Origin: Klebsormidium nitens
Taxonomy: Eukaryota; Plantae; Klebsormidiophyceae
Direction of reading: 5' to 3'
Assembly: GCA_000708835.1 (NCBI GenBank)
Contig: DF237477.1
Span: 1 to 63,776 of the forward strand
DNA length: 63,776 bases
In this document: one piece after another, positions 11,001 through 22,689 of the stretch
Layout: every line of letters begins with the position of its first letter
Position numbering within the stretch: the first letter of the stretch is position 1
Position numbers and translations under genes: made by a program
The notes under the pieces: model-generated
Told to the model about the DNA's origin: nothing
What the model saw: only the letters and a program-made list of their open reading frames with translations
The model's database searches: none

Positions 11001-14000
11001 CCGTCTCCCTTTGTCCATTCCTCAAGGGTCACATCTAGAAGTCAAAGTGCGGATTCAGAAGCTTAACTTATCGAACCTTACAATTGTCCTACACTTTCCT
11101 TACCCTCAATGTCCAACCCTGAGCTTCGCTGAATTCCCAGGTCGACTCCCGCAACTGGAAGTGCCTCCTTCAGCACCTCGCCTGCGCGGCCGTCGAGAAC
11201 CCGCTCCAGTTTGGCGTCGACGACCACTACTTCGGGGCAAGCATGGCGGACGCTATAAAGGAACTCTCCAGCCAAGGAAGGCTGGGGAGGAACTCTAGAG
11301 CTCCCGGAGGGGCGGCCGGCGCGCTGCACTACATCGGGCTGGAGAAGTCGCCGTCAAAGGGCATGAGCCTGAGAGCGATCGATCCGGAGAAGTACGCAGT
11401 GGTCAATGAGGTGAGTGGTTGCGCGTTATGCGGGTAAGCAGGTGGTGATCCGCGTGACTAGTGTATTTGCTTGGTGGATTGATGTTGGCGGTGCGGAGAT
11501 ATACGCAGAGCTAAGAACCTACAACAGGTTAAGGGTGATCGTAAATGATTACAACTGACTAGCGCTTGTCGATCCTTCGCGGACTGCATTCCCCGTGTTA
11601 TAAGCGTATTAGTCTCGTTCTGATGCTATTGGACAAGCGCGGTAAAGCAGGATACTCCTGTTTTGAACCGGTAATATTCCTGGACGAAAACGTCTTCTCT
11701 CACTTTCGCCGGCAGTCTCGAGGCATTTTCAGCCTCTTTGCTCTGCTTAGCTTACACTTATTTTATGCAGAATCAGACTCGAAACGGCTGAGCAATCTCT
11801 TGGACTCGGCACATCCAAAAGCTGAAGCGTACACCTGTTATCATGACATCCATGACTTAGGGGTCGAAGGCATCTGAGTAATCTTTGCAAACGAAAGGGG
11901 TTTGAAGTATATTAGCTGCTTCTCTGCTGCAGGCGACGAACGAGATCATCGAGGAAGTAGAGGCCAGCAAAGCGTTCTTTGAGGTGTACGAGGGCTCCAT
12001 CTATATGCACCAAGGGAAGACTTACCGCATCGAAGACCTAGACCTAGAGACCAAGATTGCTCGCTGCAAGGAGACCACCGTGAGATATTACACGAAGGTA
12101 GGTCCTTGATCCCTGACAACTCGGTCTTGCATAGGGAGTGTGCTCTGATGAGACTCTCCGAAGAAAGGCTTGAGGAAGTGAATACTCTGAACACACTGCG
12201 TTGCATGATTCGGTTTCGTTTCGTGGCTGGTCTCTTCGTTGACAATCTGTCTTTTCTTGGCTTCGCTGAGCTCTGCAAATCTCTGAGAAATACATTTGGA
12301 CCTAACCCTAAAAGCCTAGGAATAATGTAAGGAAAACACACGTCAGCGTTTCACTCTGAGCTTTACAAGGTATGCCACCCTTGGCTCTGCCAAACCGCGC
12401 TTTCCTGCTCTTTCGCAGACCCGCGACATGACGGAAGTCCACGTCATCGGTGGCAACCTGGCGTACCCGGGGAAAGCCCCCGACCCCGCCCGCTACCCGT
12501 TCACAACCGCGAAATGCGGGCGGGCCAACGTCAGCCTGACGTTTCTCGGGTTTGTCAAGATCTGGCGTGGGACGGGCGAGGTGTTCGATATGGTCGACCT
12601 GTTCCTGCCCCCTGTAAAGTACACAACACAGGTGCGGGACCAAACTTGTTCCAGCCTTTTTCCTCTGTCATTTGCGGAAGGTTTACTTCCTGTCCGGTGC
12701 CCCTGCATTTGACTACTATCGAACTCGGTCAAGCGCCTGTGTCCTTTCATGAAGCACTACGGCAGGCGGGGGATCATTTGCCTCCTTTGACGGCCCCCTG
12801 AAAGCATGCAGGGTCAATAAGATGTGCAGTTGCTCCGACCTCCGTCACGCAGGTGGGGTGTTTCGTTCCTGCCATTCAGCGCCCAGGTTCTCCCCAACAA
12901 ATTCGAAGCAAACTTTTTCACTCTCCTGTGGCTGAAGAGATGCTGGAACTCTTCCGGTCCACAATAAGGTCACCTTGAGATGAGCCTAGGCTCATTTTCG
13001 CCGCCAACGAGAAATTGTTTGAAACGGAAATTGTTGATTTGCAGGCCGCCTGGGTGCGCGTCCCCCACGAGGTGCGCCTGGAAGTGGGCGAGGGGTTTAG
13101 GGAGGGTTTGCACGCGGCCGGCCACGCGATCCTCAACGTACTGCCGCTGTACGTCATGTGCAGGTGGGAACAGGACGGACTGATTGTGCAACTGAGCTTG
13201 GATTGCTTATTTAGCTGCAACGAAGCTGATTGTCTGCTTTTGACACTCTGAACAGGGGAATTGCCAAGTTTAACTTCATTTTGCCGAGCTTACCGGGCAT
13301 GTTCGATTAGCGCGCAACCGTCCGTCGATTTTGTAAAGGTCTTGAGCTTTGACGTTGCTTTCCTTCTCATCATGGCAGCCGTAGATGCTGCCGGCTTTCT
13401 TAAAATTTGCGGTCGTTTCATACGCGTATCCAGTACCAGGTTGTTGGCTTTTTGGGAATTTGATCCTGGGGGTTGCCGACTTCTTTGACACTCTTTTCCC
13501 ACAGCAAAGAGTGTTGAAAGTTTCCTCGGCAAGCTACCATATCCAGCCCACCACGTCGAAATTGTTCGGGTAATTCATGCAATCCAAGAACGCGCTTTGC
13601 TTGGGCTCATCTCCAGCAAATTGACCGAACCTCTTCAGGCCTTGGGTCTGTTGGAGATTAGCAAGCCCATGCAATCTCTTTGCGTGCAGCCCAAATGACA
13701 TTGGCTGCGAGTGCGCCTCTCCCGACGACACCCGGTTCCGGCCGGAGCGCCTTCTGGTGTACGACAAGCAGCCGGACGGAATCGGAATTGCGGTGCAGGT
13801 GCAGTATTTCCCGATTACCTTTTCATTTCTTCGTCTGTCGATCAACCTTTTTCTTTCACAAAAGGTTGACTTTTTGTTTTGCAACGCAGACGAATTGTTC
13901 TAAGTTACCTACCCCTTATGATATTCCCTTGCTTCGAGCACGTATTGGCAGCGTCCTCTTACAAGCTAACCTGCAAGAGAAGGTCAATGTATCTGTGCGA

Positions 14001-16391
14001 TCTTTAGCGCGCTCTAGTCCGTCTCTAAACGCAAGATCTTCGTCTGCGGCCCATCATTGCGGCGCACAAGGTCGAAGTTTCTTTTTTTCCCCTTCGTAGA
14101 TTGCATCACGCAGTTTTTCATCCAGCGTACGTGTGGCTTCTTGTAGCCGTGTCTTCTCAACTTCGATCCTCCGGCCTTGCTATATCCACGGTAGCGTTTT
14201 CGCGATGTTGCAGCTATCCGATCTCAACATGATTGGCACAAACCTAATCTGTTCAATCTACTCGATTTTCTACCCAAGCGCGACCTATTTTTGCGGAGCT
14301 GTTGCAAGCCGCTCTCCTCGTAGCGTGCGTGCTTTACTCCTTCCGACCGTCTCTCCCTAACGAGAATCGAACCGGATGCAAAATTGGAATGCTTTCCAGC
14401 GCTAATGTTGTTAGTGCTTATTTCGTTTATGCACCGCCCATGTTTGCCGAGCTGTTACAAGCGGCTCTCGAGCTTCTCGAGGCGTGCGGATTTCACGGTT
14501 CTGGTTTCGCGTCCCCCCCTCAGCCTTCCTCTCTAGCGGAAACAACGTTTCAGACGTGGTAATGGGTTACAGGGTTCTCTTGAGTTGCAGGCTCGGCAGT
14601 GTTTGGGGAGCTGTTAGCAACATGCCCTCCAACCAGCGGATGCTTCCCCTCTTCGGTCTTATTTTCCAAAATTTTTACAAGGTTTTTTTCGTCCTTGCTC
14701 GACAAAGCGGCCCCCTAAAGTCAGCTCCTCTTGCACGCAGAAAAAGCTAATGATTTCCTGGTCGCTCTCCCCTCAGGCTCGGCCAATGTTTGCGGAGCTG
14801 TTGCAAGCCGCCCTCGAGCTTCTCGAGGCGCGCACGCTCCAAAATTATCAGCCCCTCTTCTTCCACAAACGAATCAACGTGCAGACGAAGCATACTTCAC
14901 GTGCTAATTTTCTTTTGCTACATGTCTGCAGGCCCGGCTGATGTTTGCGGAACTTTTGCAAGCGGCCCTCGAGCTTCTCGAGGCGTGCATGCGTCAAGAC
15001 TTCAGGCCCCCTCTCGTGCCGCAGAAGGGATAGAACGCAAAAGCAGCCTTCTGATATTTCAATTCTCACTTATTCAGGCCCGGCCGATGTTCGCGGAGCT
15101 GCTGCAAGCGGTGCTCGGGCTTCTCGAGGCGTGCGTGTTTCAAATCCTTCAGGCCCCCTTTCTGCCACAAACGATAGAAGTGAGTAATCAACAAATGCGC
15201 ACAAAGCATGCTGAAGTGATAATCATATTGTGCTTCATCCTGTTCAGGCCCGGCCAATGTTCGCGGAGCTGTTGCAAGCCGCTCTAGAACTTCTCGAGGC
15301 GTGCGAGTGCACGCTCTCCGACGGCTGCCCCGGGTGCGTCCACCACACCGGCTGCGGCGAGTACAACCGCTGCCTCGACAAGCGCTACGCCATCGCCATC
15401 CTCAAGGTGACGTCATCCCTGGAAGCGTCCTGCTTTTTCTTTTACAAATCCTTACAACCAAGAATTACAATATCTGCGTACTTCGTAACCGCTGTCTCGA
15501 CAAGCGCTACGCCATTGTCATTCCTCAAGGTGCCGTCAGCGTTACATATGTTGCCTTTCCCGTCCGCTTTTTATAGTTTATCATTTTCCCTTTGTCAGCT
15601 GTATCTTTTTGCGAACTCGCGTGATAGAAGCTGAACCCGATGGGCAACAACCGCTGCCCTACAAGAAAACGTAGCTGTTGTCCTCAGGGTGACGCCATCC
15701 TGATGGGGTTCTTCTGTGTCACATGTATCTGCTGAGAGAAACGGCTGCCTGTAGGAGGATATGCTTCCAGTTTTCTCAAGCTGAGGTTGTCCAAAAGTGT
15801 CGCGTCAAGCCTTTCTCGTAGCAGATTGCTTGCCGCCGTTGTGCGGCTCAGATTGTCGGTCTTTAGAAAAACCTTTCGAAATGGCTAGAACTCTCAGAAA
15901 TGTGTTTTTGGCAAGACCGACTCGTGACTCGACGCTTCCATGTACGGTCGTACAACGCTCCCCCATCCTGCCTTTCAATGGTTCAAAGCTTATCGCGAGA
16001 TGTCATCTCGTTCATTCACTGCCGCTTCGTTCAATCGTTATTAAAAGCTTTGATCTGGGCGCCTGTGATATCCGAGGTGATCACCAGAAAATAAGAACAA
16101 AAGCTTGGCAATCCTGATTTTCAGAAAACGAACAACAAACAGTGTCCGCGTCGTTTGCAGAGCGTCATTGCTGCCGAAGCCGTCCGCAAAGAGCAGGGGA
16201 CATACGAAGCGGACACCGGAGAAGAGGCGGGCTTCTTCGAGGACGCGACACGTGGCGACCCTTCAGCCTCAACGGCAAATGAGGATCAGCCACGTGCCAA
16301 GGGGCCCGAAGTCGTTTACGGAAGAGATCAGACCTGGGATGAGACGCTCAAGTCCATTGAAGAGCTGTTCCCGTTAGAAGGAGGCTTGTAA
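1368..16391 (+). CDS. HRQ1: HRQ1/RecQ4-related DEAH-box helicase with N-terminal ubiquitin-like domain and C-terminal DUF1998 (MZB) zinc-binding domain, ~2031 aa, 16 exons
   Basis: Exons inferred by hand: 1368-1508, 2018-4625, 5157-5938, 6305-6577, 7195-7340, 8142-8304, 8797-9002, 9432-9708, 10474-10707, 11141-11410, 11933-12097, 12419-12631, 13045-13163, 13690-13798, 15248-15406, 16161-16391. They total 6096 nt and stay in frame. Motifs: FTHQ/ARAI (Q-motif), VVVATSTASGKSLCYNLP (motif I), LFPTKALAQDQ (Ia), YDGDT, ITNPDMLH, VVVDEAHAY (II), CSATVANP (III), YRAGY, CATNALELGVDVG (V), WQQSGRAGRR (VI), HAAGHA, VYD, and CECTLSDGCPGCVHHTGC (DUF1998). Confidence 0.95.
7700..8141 (+). repeat. Tandem array of three degenerate acceptor + exon-6-start copies in HRQ1 intron 5 (period ~130-136 bp)
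   Basis: CAG|A(T/C)ACGT...GACGA(G/A)GCGC(A/C)C(G/A)CTTATGG units with the AG ending at 7742, 7872 and 8005. The true acceptor AG ends at 8141. Confidence 0.9.
8640..8796 (+). repeat. Duplicated acceptor + exon-7 start in HRQ1 intron 6
   Basis: TTACAG|GAGCTGATAGGCATCAACGACTTGCAGGTGGTCACCGAAG (AG ends 8675) versus the true CGCAG|GAGCTGATCGGCATCGACGACTGGGAGGTGGTGACCGAGG (AG ends 8796). Confidence 0.85.
9815..10473 (+). repeat. Tandem array of ~5 acceptor + exon-9-start copies in HRQ1 intron 8
   Basis: CCGCAG|GTTTGCG units with the AG ending at 10065, 10199 and 10332. More decayed units lie near 9828 (AG mutated to AA) and 9954. The true acceptor AG ends at 10473. Confidence 0.9.
14275..15247 (+). 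repeat. Tandem array of ~6 acceptor + exon-15-start copies in HRQ1 intron 14
   Basis: Copies of CAG|GCCCGGCCAATGTTCGCGGAGCTGTTGCAAGCCGCTCT...CTTCTCGAGGCGTGC (ARPMFAELLQAALELLEAC) near 14281 and 14432, and with the AG ending at 14590, 14776, 14931 and 15077. The true acceptor AG ends at 15247. Confidence 0.9.
15407..15705 (+). repeat. Two degenerate exon-15-end + donor copies in HRQ1 intron 15
   Basis: True junction: AACCGCTGCCTCGACAAGCGCTACGCCATCGCCATCCTCAAG|GTGACGTCATCC (ends 15406). Copies: AACCGCTGTCTCGACAAGCGCTACGCCATTGTCATTCCTCAAG|GTGCCGTCAGC (ends 15529) and AACCGCTGCCCTACAAG...GTCCTCAGG|GTGACGCCATCC (ends 15688). Confidence 0.85.
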
Positions 16392-17339
16392 AGTTAACAT
16401 TACCCTGCTGTATATCTCTAGAAGCCTTTGAAGCTTAGAAACAAACCAAGTCTGGTTCATACCATGCTGTACTACCAAGTCAACGAGATCAAGAATCTGC
16501 TTCGGCAAACAAGTGTGTGCACACTTGATTTACGAGCGGAAGCGTTTCCAGGCGGCTGGTTTATGGCTGCCCAGAGACTCAGCATTAAGCATTGAGAACC
16601 AGCATTTGCTTATGGGGCCTTGCAGGCACTTGAGAGACATTGAGCTCTGGTTGTTGTGCTACTAGGCAAGTCACCTTGACACCTAAGGGAAGCACTTGGT
16701 ACCTTCTATCACGATCGAAAACAACTCTTCCACCGCGATCAGATTGTAGATCGATGTGGGTCACTCATGTCAAGCGTTGGCCGAACGCGCTTTGAGGCGA
16801 TGCATCTGGTTTGTGGTCGCGGACACATACTCTGTGGTGATCATGGAAGGTATCTGTTGTACAAGGGCTGAGTCCTCTGAAAAGCGACTAGCTCGGATTC
16901 AGCCGGGCGTACGTATATACGGACCACTCTTCAAACCTAGATCGAATTGTGTCCATCGTACATTTCAACAAACCCTTCAGCGGCTGCATGCCGCCCAAAT
17001 GCAGAATTAGAACTGGCAATCAACCCCCTACAACAACTCAGCGTGTAGACGTACCCACATGTGCAAGCCTGCTCCTTGTAGCGCCGCCTTCGTCATAACC
17101 CTATAAAGCTAAATAGCCCGGTTACATCCTGAGTGGCTAAAACCCTAATTAATACCTGGAAGATACAGTGTACACATGGATGCATCAAAATGTAGCGACC
17201 GTTGCTCAGAAGCGCTGCTGGTTCTGTCGCCGCGATTGGCAGCGACAGTGAAGGTGATTGCCCTGCATCAAGGACGCCGCGATAGCCTCGTGGGTTCCTT
17301 CAAACTCGCACACACACACCAGCATAAGTTCAAGTTCAG

Positions 17340-17976
17340 NNNNNNNNNNNNNNNNNNNNNNNNNNNNNNNNNNNNNNNNNNNNNNNNNNNNNNNNNNNNN
17401 NNNNNNNNNNNNNNNNNNNNNNNNNNNNNNNNNNNNNNNNNNNNNNNNNNNNNNNNNNNNNNNNNNNNNNNNNNNNNNNNNNNNNNNNNNNNNNNNNNNN
17501 NNNNNNNNNNNNNNNNNNNNNNNNNNNNNNNNNNNNNNNNNNNNNNNNNNNNNNNNNNNNNNNNNNNNNNNNNNNNNNNNNNNNNNNNNNNNNNNNNNNN
17601 NNNNNNNNNNNNNNNNNNNNNNNNNNNNNNNNNNNNNNNNNNNNNNNNNNNNNNNNNNNNNNNNNNNNNNNNNNNNNNNNNNNNNNNNNNNNNNNNNNNN
17701 NNNNNNNNNNNNNNNNNNNNNNNNNNNNNNNNNNNNNNNNNNNNNNNNNNNNNNNNNNNNNNNNNNNNNNNNNNNNNNNNNNNNNNNNNNNNNNNNNNNN
17801 NNNNNNNNNNNNNNNNNNNNNNNNNNNNNNNNNNNNNNNNNNNNNNNNNNNNNNNNNNNNNNNNNNNNNNNNNNNNNNNNNNNNNNNNNNNNNNNNNNNN
17901 NNNNNNNNNNNNNNNNNNNNNNNNNNNNNNNNNNNNNNNNNNNNNNNNNNNNNNNNNNNNNNNNNNNNNNNNNNNN
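17340..17976. other. Assembly gap (637 N)
   Basis: Run of N. The four long X-containing ORFs in the track here are artefacts. Confidence 1.
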
Positions 17977-20900
17977 CTCCAGCTATCACCACGCTCACGA
18001 TCATGGGCATCATCACGAGCACGAGCACAAGGACGGGCACGAGCATCCACATCACTCCCATGAGCATAAGTCGTCTCACGAACATGAGCATTCTCACGAG
18101 CATCAGCAGTCTCACGAACATCAACATTCTCACGAGCATCATCATTCACATTCGACCGGAGCGCACATGTGAGATGCAGGCCTTTCTTTTTTGAAGCATT
18201 GGCTTTTTCGCCCCCCCACATTGCAGTAGATTCCTAAGATGCAATGTAGCATAGTGTGGGTGCAGATTCCGCCAATTGAAAGGAGCAATGTCGCTTTGTG
18301 TTGCTATCTGCATGAGGTTTTATGTGTACCAAAAGCTTGCGGTGGATGAATATTGAAGTCTGCATTTTTGAGAAGAATCGTATTCTGCAGGTACCTTGTA
18401 AGCTTAACAACAAGCTGATTCCTTCTTGCTCTTGAATCTTCATAGTCTATCCTCCAATTGCCGGGATCTTCCAGTGCGTAATCATCCCCGCTGAGTCTGA
18501 GCCAAAACATCCCATCTCCTTTTGACATGTGTCGCCTCCTTTCCATTGTTTGCACATCCATCAGATTGCTCTTATCACACGTGTTGTCCATTCAATCCAA
18601 TCCAACGTCCTCAAAAACTTCCTAAATAGTAATTAATGGAGCCTCCGATGTTGCAGCGAAGGGGCCCATTCACACTCGGAAGCAACTGAGTTCGTCGGTC
18701 CAGACGGCAAGGTTTACCACAGCCACGATGGCCTGGCCCCCCATTCTCATGAGCCAATTGAGTCCCCGGGTTTTTTCACACAACGAGCTGCCCCACTCTC
18801 AGGGAGGGACTTTGTCGAGAGGGGGTTCACTGTGGGAATAGGGGGACCAGTTGGCACAGGGTGAGAAAACAGAACTTGGATCAAATTCTGGGCTTATTTG
18901 CTCCTCAAACGTTTTGTAACCAATTTCTCCACAAAAGAAAATTTTGTGTAGACGCACATAGAGCTCAGACCGGTCAGTGGGCAGATATGAAGGGATGGTT
19001 TGCCCAATGAAAGAATTGCTGATTGAAACCTTGCATATGTAGACTATCCCACTCTAATCGCTTCAAAAGCAGGATCTGGCCGAAGGTCAGAAGGTGGTCG
19101 GATGATTCTCTCAAGAGACCTCTGGTTGTGATCCTTTTTGAGTGGAGCTTTGATTTGATTCAGGTCTGCTTCACTTGATCTAGCTGAGGCGCAAGCTTGA
19201 TTCCAAAGCTTTATTTCGAAAGCTAAAACCTTGTCAAGGTGACCGTGACCTGTTCTATGTAAGCAGGGCCGAGAAGTAGACCTGTCTTCCTTACAGCGCA
19301 CCATATAGTTCTGGAAGAACAACATGTGGCTATTTTGGACCCAGAGAGTTGATAACAATCTCAGCAATGTCCAAGACCCAATGTGTTTTCTCCGCAGCAA
19401 GACGGCTCTCATGCTCGCTCTCTGCCGGACCTTCCGGGACAAGTACAGCATCGCCGCAGTGAGTCCCCACCATCCATATTACAATCTACGAAGAAACACA
19501 CCATCTACATGTACACCATTCATTAAGAATCTACACTTTCAGACCTTGAAGTCTGGCTGCACGAGAGGACACCCTCAGCAGGGATTTCAACCCCGGAATC
19601 CTGTCACCAGGCTGTGTCACGATCAAGGCTTGGCTGAGGGGCCTTCACGAGTCTTTCGACCTCCTCGGTACTTCCAAGTCTTCATGCCTATCTTACGACA
19701 TCGCGGAAAGCGACATGGTGCCAGGTCGAAGGCAGAGGCTCTTCGCACTCAAACCACAGCCTGCTTTCACACATTCAATCAAGGAGTAGAAAACATACTG
19801 TTTAATTTAGTATGGCGTCACCTCGCTCTAGATTTCGTATCTCTGGCCGGATAGCCTGTGTGTAGGTTTGCTTGCACTTGTCTTTGTTAGACTTCCGAAA
19901 TTCAACAACACATCTTGTCAACAGATCTGCTTCGGTTTTACATTCTTCCCCTAGGCCCGCGCTACCCGTCTTGTGCACGGTACTTACCCGCCCTTACCTG
20001 CCTGCATCCTCTGCCAAAAGAGCTGATTCTGCTCATACCTTCGATCCTATCTCCCTTCTCTGTCTCGCTCGCCACTTTTGACCCTGGCACTCCTCCTCTA
20101 ATCCCCATCTCGCTTTTACTCACTTTCTTATTTCCCGCCTTCCCCCCCTTTCAGGTCACGAACGACATCTTCACCCAAGAGGACGGCGAGTTCCTGGTGC
20201 GAAATGGCGCCCTGCCAGCGGAGCGCATCCGCGCCGTCGAAACGGGGGGGTGCCCTCACGCCGCAATCCGTGAGGACATCAGCATCAACTTGGGGCCGTT
20301 AGAGGACCTCACAGCGAAGTTCCATGCTGACATTCTGCTCTGCGAGTCTGGGGGAGGTGAGGCCTTGCGCTGTGTCTTCGGAACGAGTGCCGATAGTCTG
20401 TGCTGCTTGGTTTAAGAACTGGCGCTGTGTCTTTGGAACGAGTGCCGATAGTCTGTGCTGCTTGGTTTAAGAGGGCAAGTCACCACTGTTAAAGACAATC
20501 ACATCAATCTGGGGCCGTTGGAGGACCTCACAGCGAAGTTTCACGCGGATATTCTGCTCTGCGAGTCTTGGGGAGGTGAGGCCTTGCGCTGTGTCTTTAG
20601 AACGAGAACCGGTAGTCGGTGCTGCGTTTTGGAAGTATGCAAGTCGTTTTTGGTAGAGGGTGAAAACTTTTGAGCCTGGACACATTCCGCCGTCCTAATT
20701 GGCATGCCGTCCGGCGAACGAGAAGTGACCTGGCACAATTGCCTGGAACACTGCACATATTATCTCATGCCTGCGCCTATCTTACTCCATCAAAGAACGG
20801 TTCCGGAGGCCTTTCTGAAAGTATCCCTTTGGGGGCTGAGGCAACGAAGTAAGGAGGATTTTCACGAAGTCTGCCTCAGTGAAAAGCGTCGGCGTTAGTG

Positions 20901-22689
20901 GACGACCTGGTGCGCAAAGTAAATAAGACCGCTTGGTGAGTCTGACTTTGCTATTGTCAACCTTTTCAAACCCTTCTCAAAAACTCTTTTGGGCAAACCG
21001 TGTTGGATTGCTCACAATGCCGGTAGAGAATGCGACTGGCGCAAAGCAGTCCAACACATTCTGTTTGACTTGTCGGCCTTTGGAACATAAGTGGCTCATT
21101 GCCGGCACAAAGTTTATGCTGTGAGCATCAACCAATGCGCGCAAGGGAAAGGCATCCCTCCTTGTGCACCGGCCCGCGCAGGCTGCCTTTGTGCGCGCAT
21201 CTCAGTTGGATCTTTGGGAGAAAACCGACATCTCGGCACAACTTCCGCTGTTCCTCCTAATTTCAGCGGAATCAACTTCCGTCCGACGGAATGTCCTTCC
21301 CCGACTGCTTTCGCATTGGGGTGATTGCATGTTACGACCGCAATTTACCTTGAGGCATGCTTATTAAGAGGCATCGAATCGAGGAAGATCGGTCCAACGG
21401 TAGAGTGGTTCGGAGGAAAGTGGTCGAATTGACACATGTCTGCTAACGTCCTCTCTGTCTTTGCGCAGATAATCTTGCGGCCAACTTCAGCCGGGAGCTG
21501 GCCGACTACATCATTTACATCATCGACGTGGCGGGGGGTGACAAGATTCCGCGCAAGGGGGGGCCCGGTATTACACAGGCCGATTTGCTGGTGAGGGATC
21601 CCCCTCGAGTCTTGAGTGTACTAGGAAGGAGTGCTGTTGTGTGAAGCTCCTAAGCAGACCATTGCGCCAAGGCTGAGATCCTGTCCGTCTGGAGCGAGCG
21701 CTGAATCTGCGTAGGGCTCCGATTGTCGAATGAATCCTCAATGCTCAAATCCTGAATGATACCGCACGTGCGATCACGTTCACATGGCTCGAGAAGCAAC
21801 ATTCACCGCCGATTGCCGAAGCTTTCAGATGTCGACAACAGAATGGTTCAGGAAGAAATATCGCGGCTGCTATTCCCAAGTACTCCGTTCATTTGCCAGC
21901 GTCCGCTCAGCATCTCGACTCTGAATGGCACCGAAGTGTATTTGGTCTTGGCAATACGCGCCTACTAATCAGCGTCCTCAGCCGCTGCGCCTGCTGTTGC
22001 TCCAGAAGTCATTGAAAACGAACTCGATTACGCCGTCTCAGGGTCCGTGAACGAGGCGCCTTGGGCGTTCAGAAGGCACCTCCAAAAAATGACACCTCAG
22101 GTTTTTTTTGCCCGTCAATGACTCCGGTGCAGTCGTGTCTTCCCGGGCAAGATCATTGCGAAAGGAACAGAGCAAGGACGTTTTGGATTCTGCAGGTAAT
22201 TAATAAGACAGATCTTGCGGAGGCGGTGGGGGCTGATCTGGGCGTCATGAGGCGGGACGCCCTCAAGATGCGCGACGACGGACCTTTTGTCTTCGCACAG
22301 GTGGGCTGACCGCACGGGCTTGCATTCAAGCTTTAACCCATGCTTGTTCCGTTCGATGCTAACTCTACCCTGTGAAGTTTTGTTTGACCTTTTTCGAACG
22401 AGTGTGTACTGCTTCTGGAGAATATCAGATGCTTCTCTGTGGGAAAGGATCAGGATGTAAGCTCTTCTTGACAACCATAATATACACTGTTCTAGAAGAT
22501 TGCGAACACAGGTTTTGTTTAGGCGAAGCCAGAACCGACTGGAATGCAATGTGAGGCCGATAAAATGGAAATATCACAAAAGGGTTTTCCTTGTGAATTC
22601 AGGTGAAGCACAACGTCGGGGTGAAGGAGGTTGCAGATCACGTGTTGGCGGCTTGGGCAGCAGCAACTCATGGAACCGTGAAACAGTGA
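17977..22689 (+). CDS. UREG: Urease accessory protein G (plant-type, His-rich N-terminus, SIMIBI P-loop GTPase); start codon is in or before the gap
   Basis: Exons: <17977-18168, 18657-18860, 19398-19458, 20155-20356, 21469-21590, 22196-22300, 22603-22689. Motifs: [40 protein letters not shown] (Walker A), [28 protein letters not shown] (CPH Ni motif), [55 protein letters not shown] (NKxD). Confidence 0.95.
17985..18155 (+). repeat. His-rich coding repeat (HEH/SHEH units) in the UreG N-terminus
   Basis: Translation [56 protein letters not shown], with recurrent TCTCACGA(A/G)CAT units. Confidence 0.9.
20357..20610 (+). repeat. Exon-end + donor duplication and a local intron-start tandem repeat in the UreG intron after the 20155-20356 exon
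   Basis: 20495-20575 copies the exon end (ATCAA..TGGGGCCGTT.GAGGACCTCACAGCGAAGTT.CA.GC.GA.ATTCTGCTCTGCGAGTCT.GGGGAG) followed by GTGAGGCCTTGCGCTGTGTC, as at 20356/20357. A ~55-bp intron segment (GCGCTGTGTCTT.GGAACGAGTGCCGATAGTCTGTGCTGCTTGGTTTAAG) is also repeated at about 20367-20417 and 20422-20472. Confidence 0.9.

Noticed and set aside
14275-15247. Copies as mutually exclusive alternative exons (Dscam-like)
   Set aside because: Each copy holds only the first ~55 nt of the exon, lacks the Cys ligands and has no matching donor. They are partial junction copies, not cassette exons.
7700-15705. Intronic arrays as a CRISPR-like repeat-spacer system
   Set aside because: The units are copies of host exon junctions with homologous, degenerate flanks rather than unique spacers. 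The context is eukaryotic and no cas genes are present.
17176-18221. Four 270-320 aa ORFs
   Set aside because: They are artefacts of translating through the N gap.
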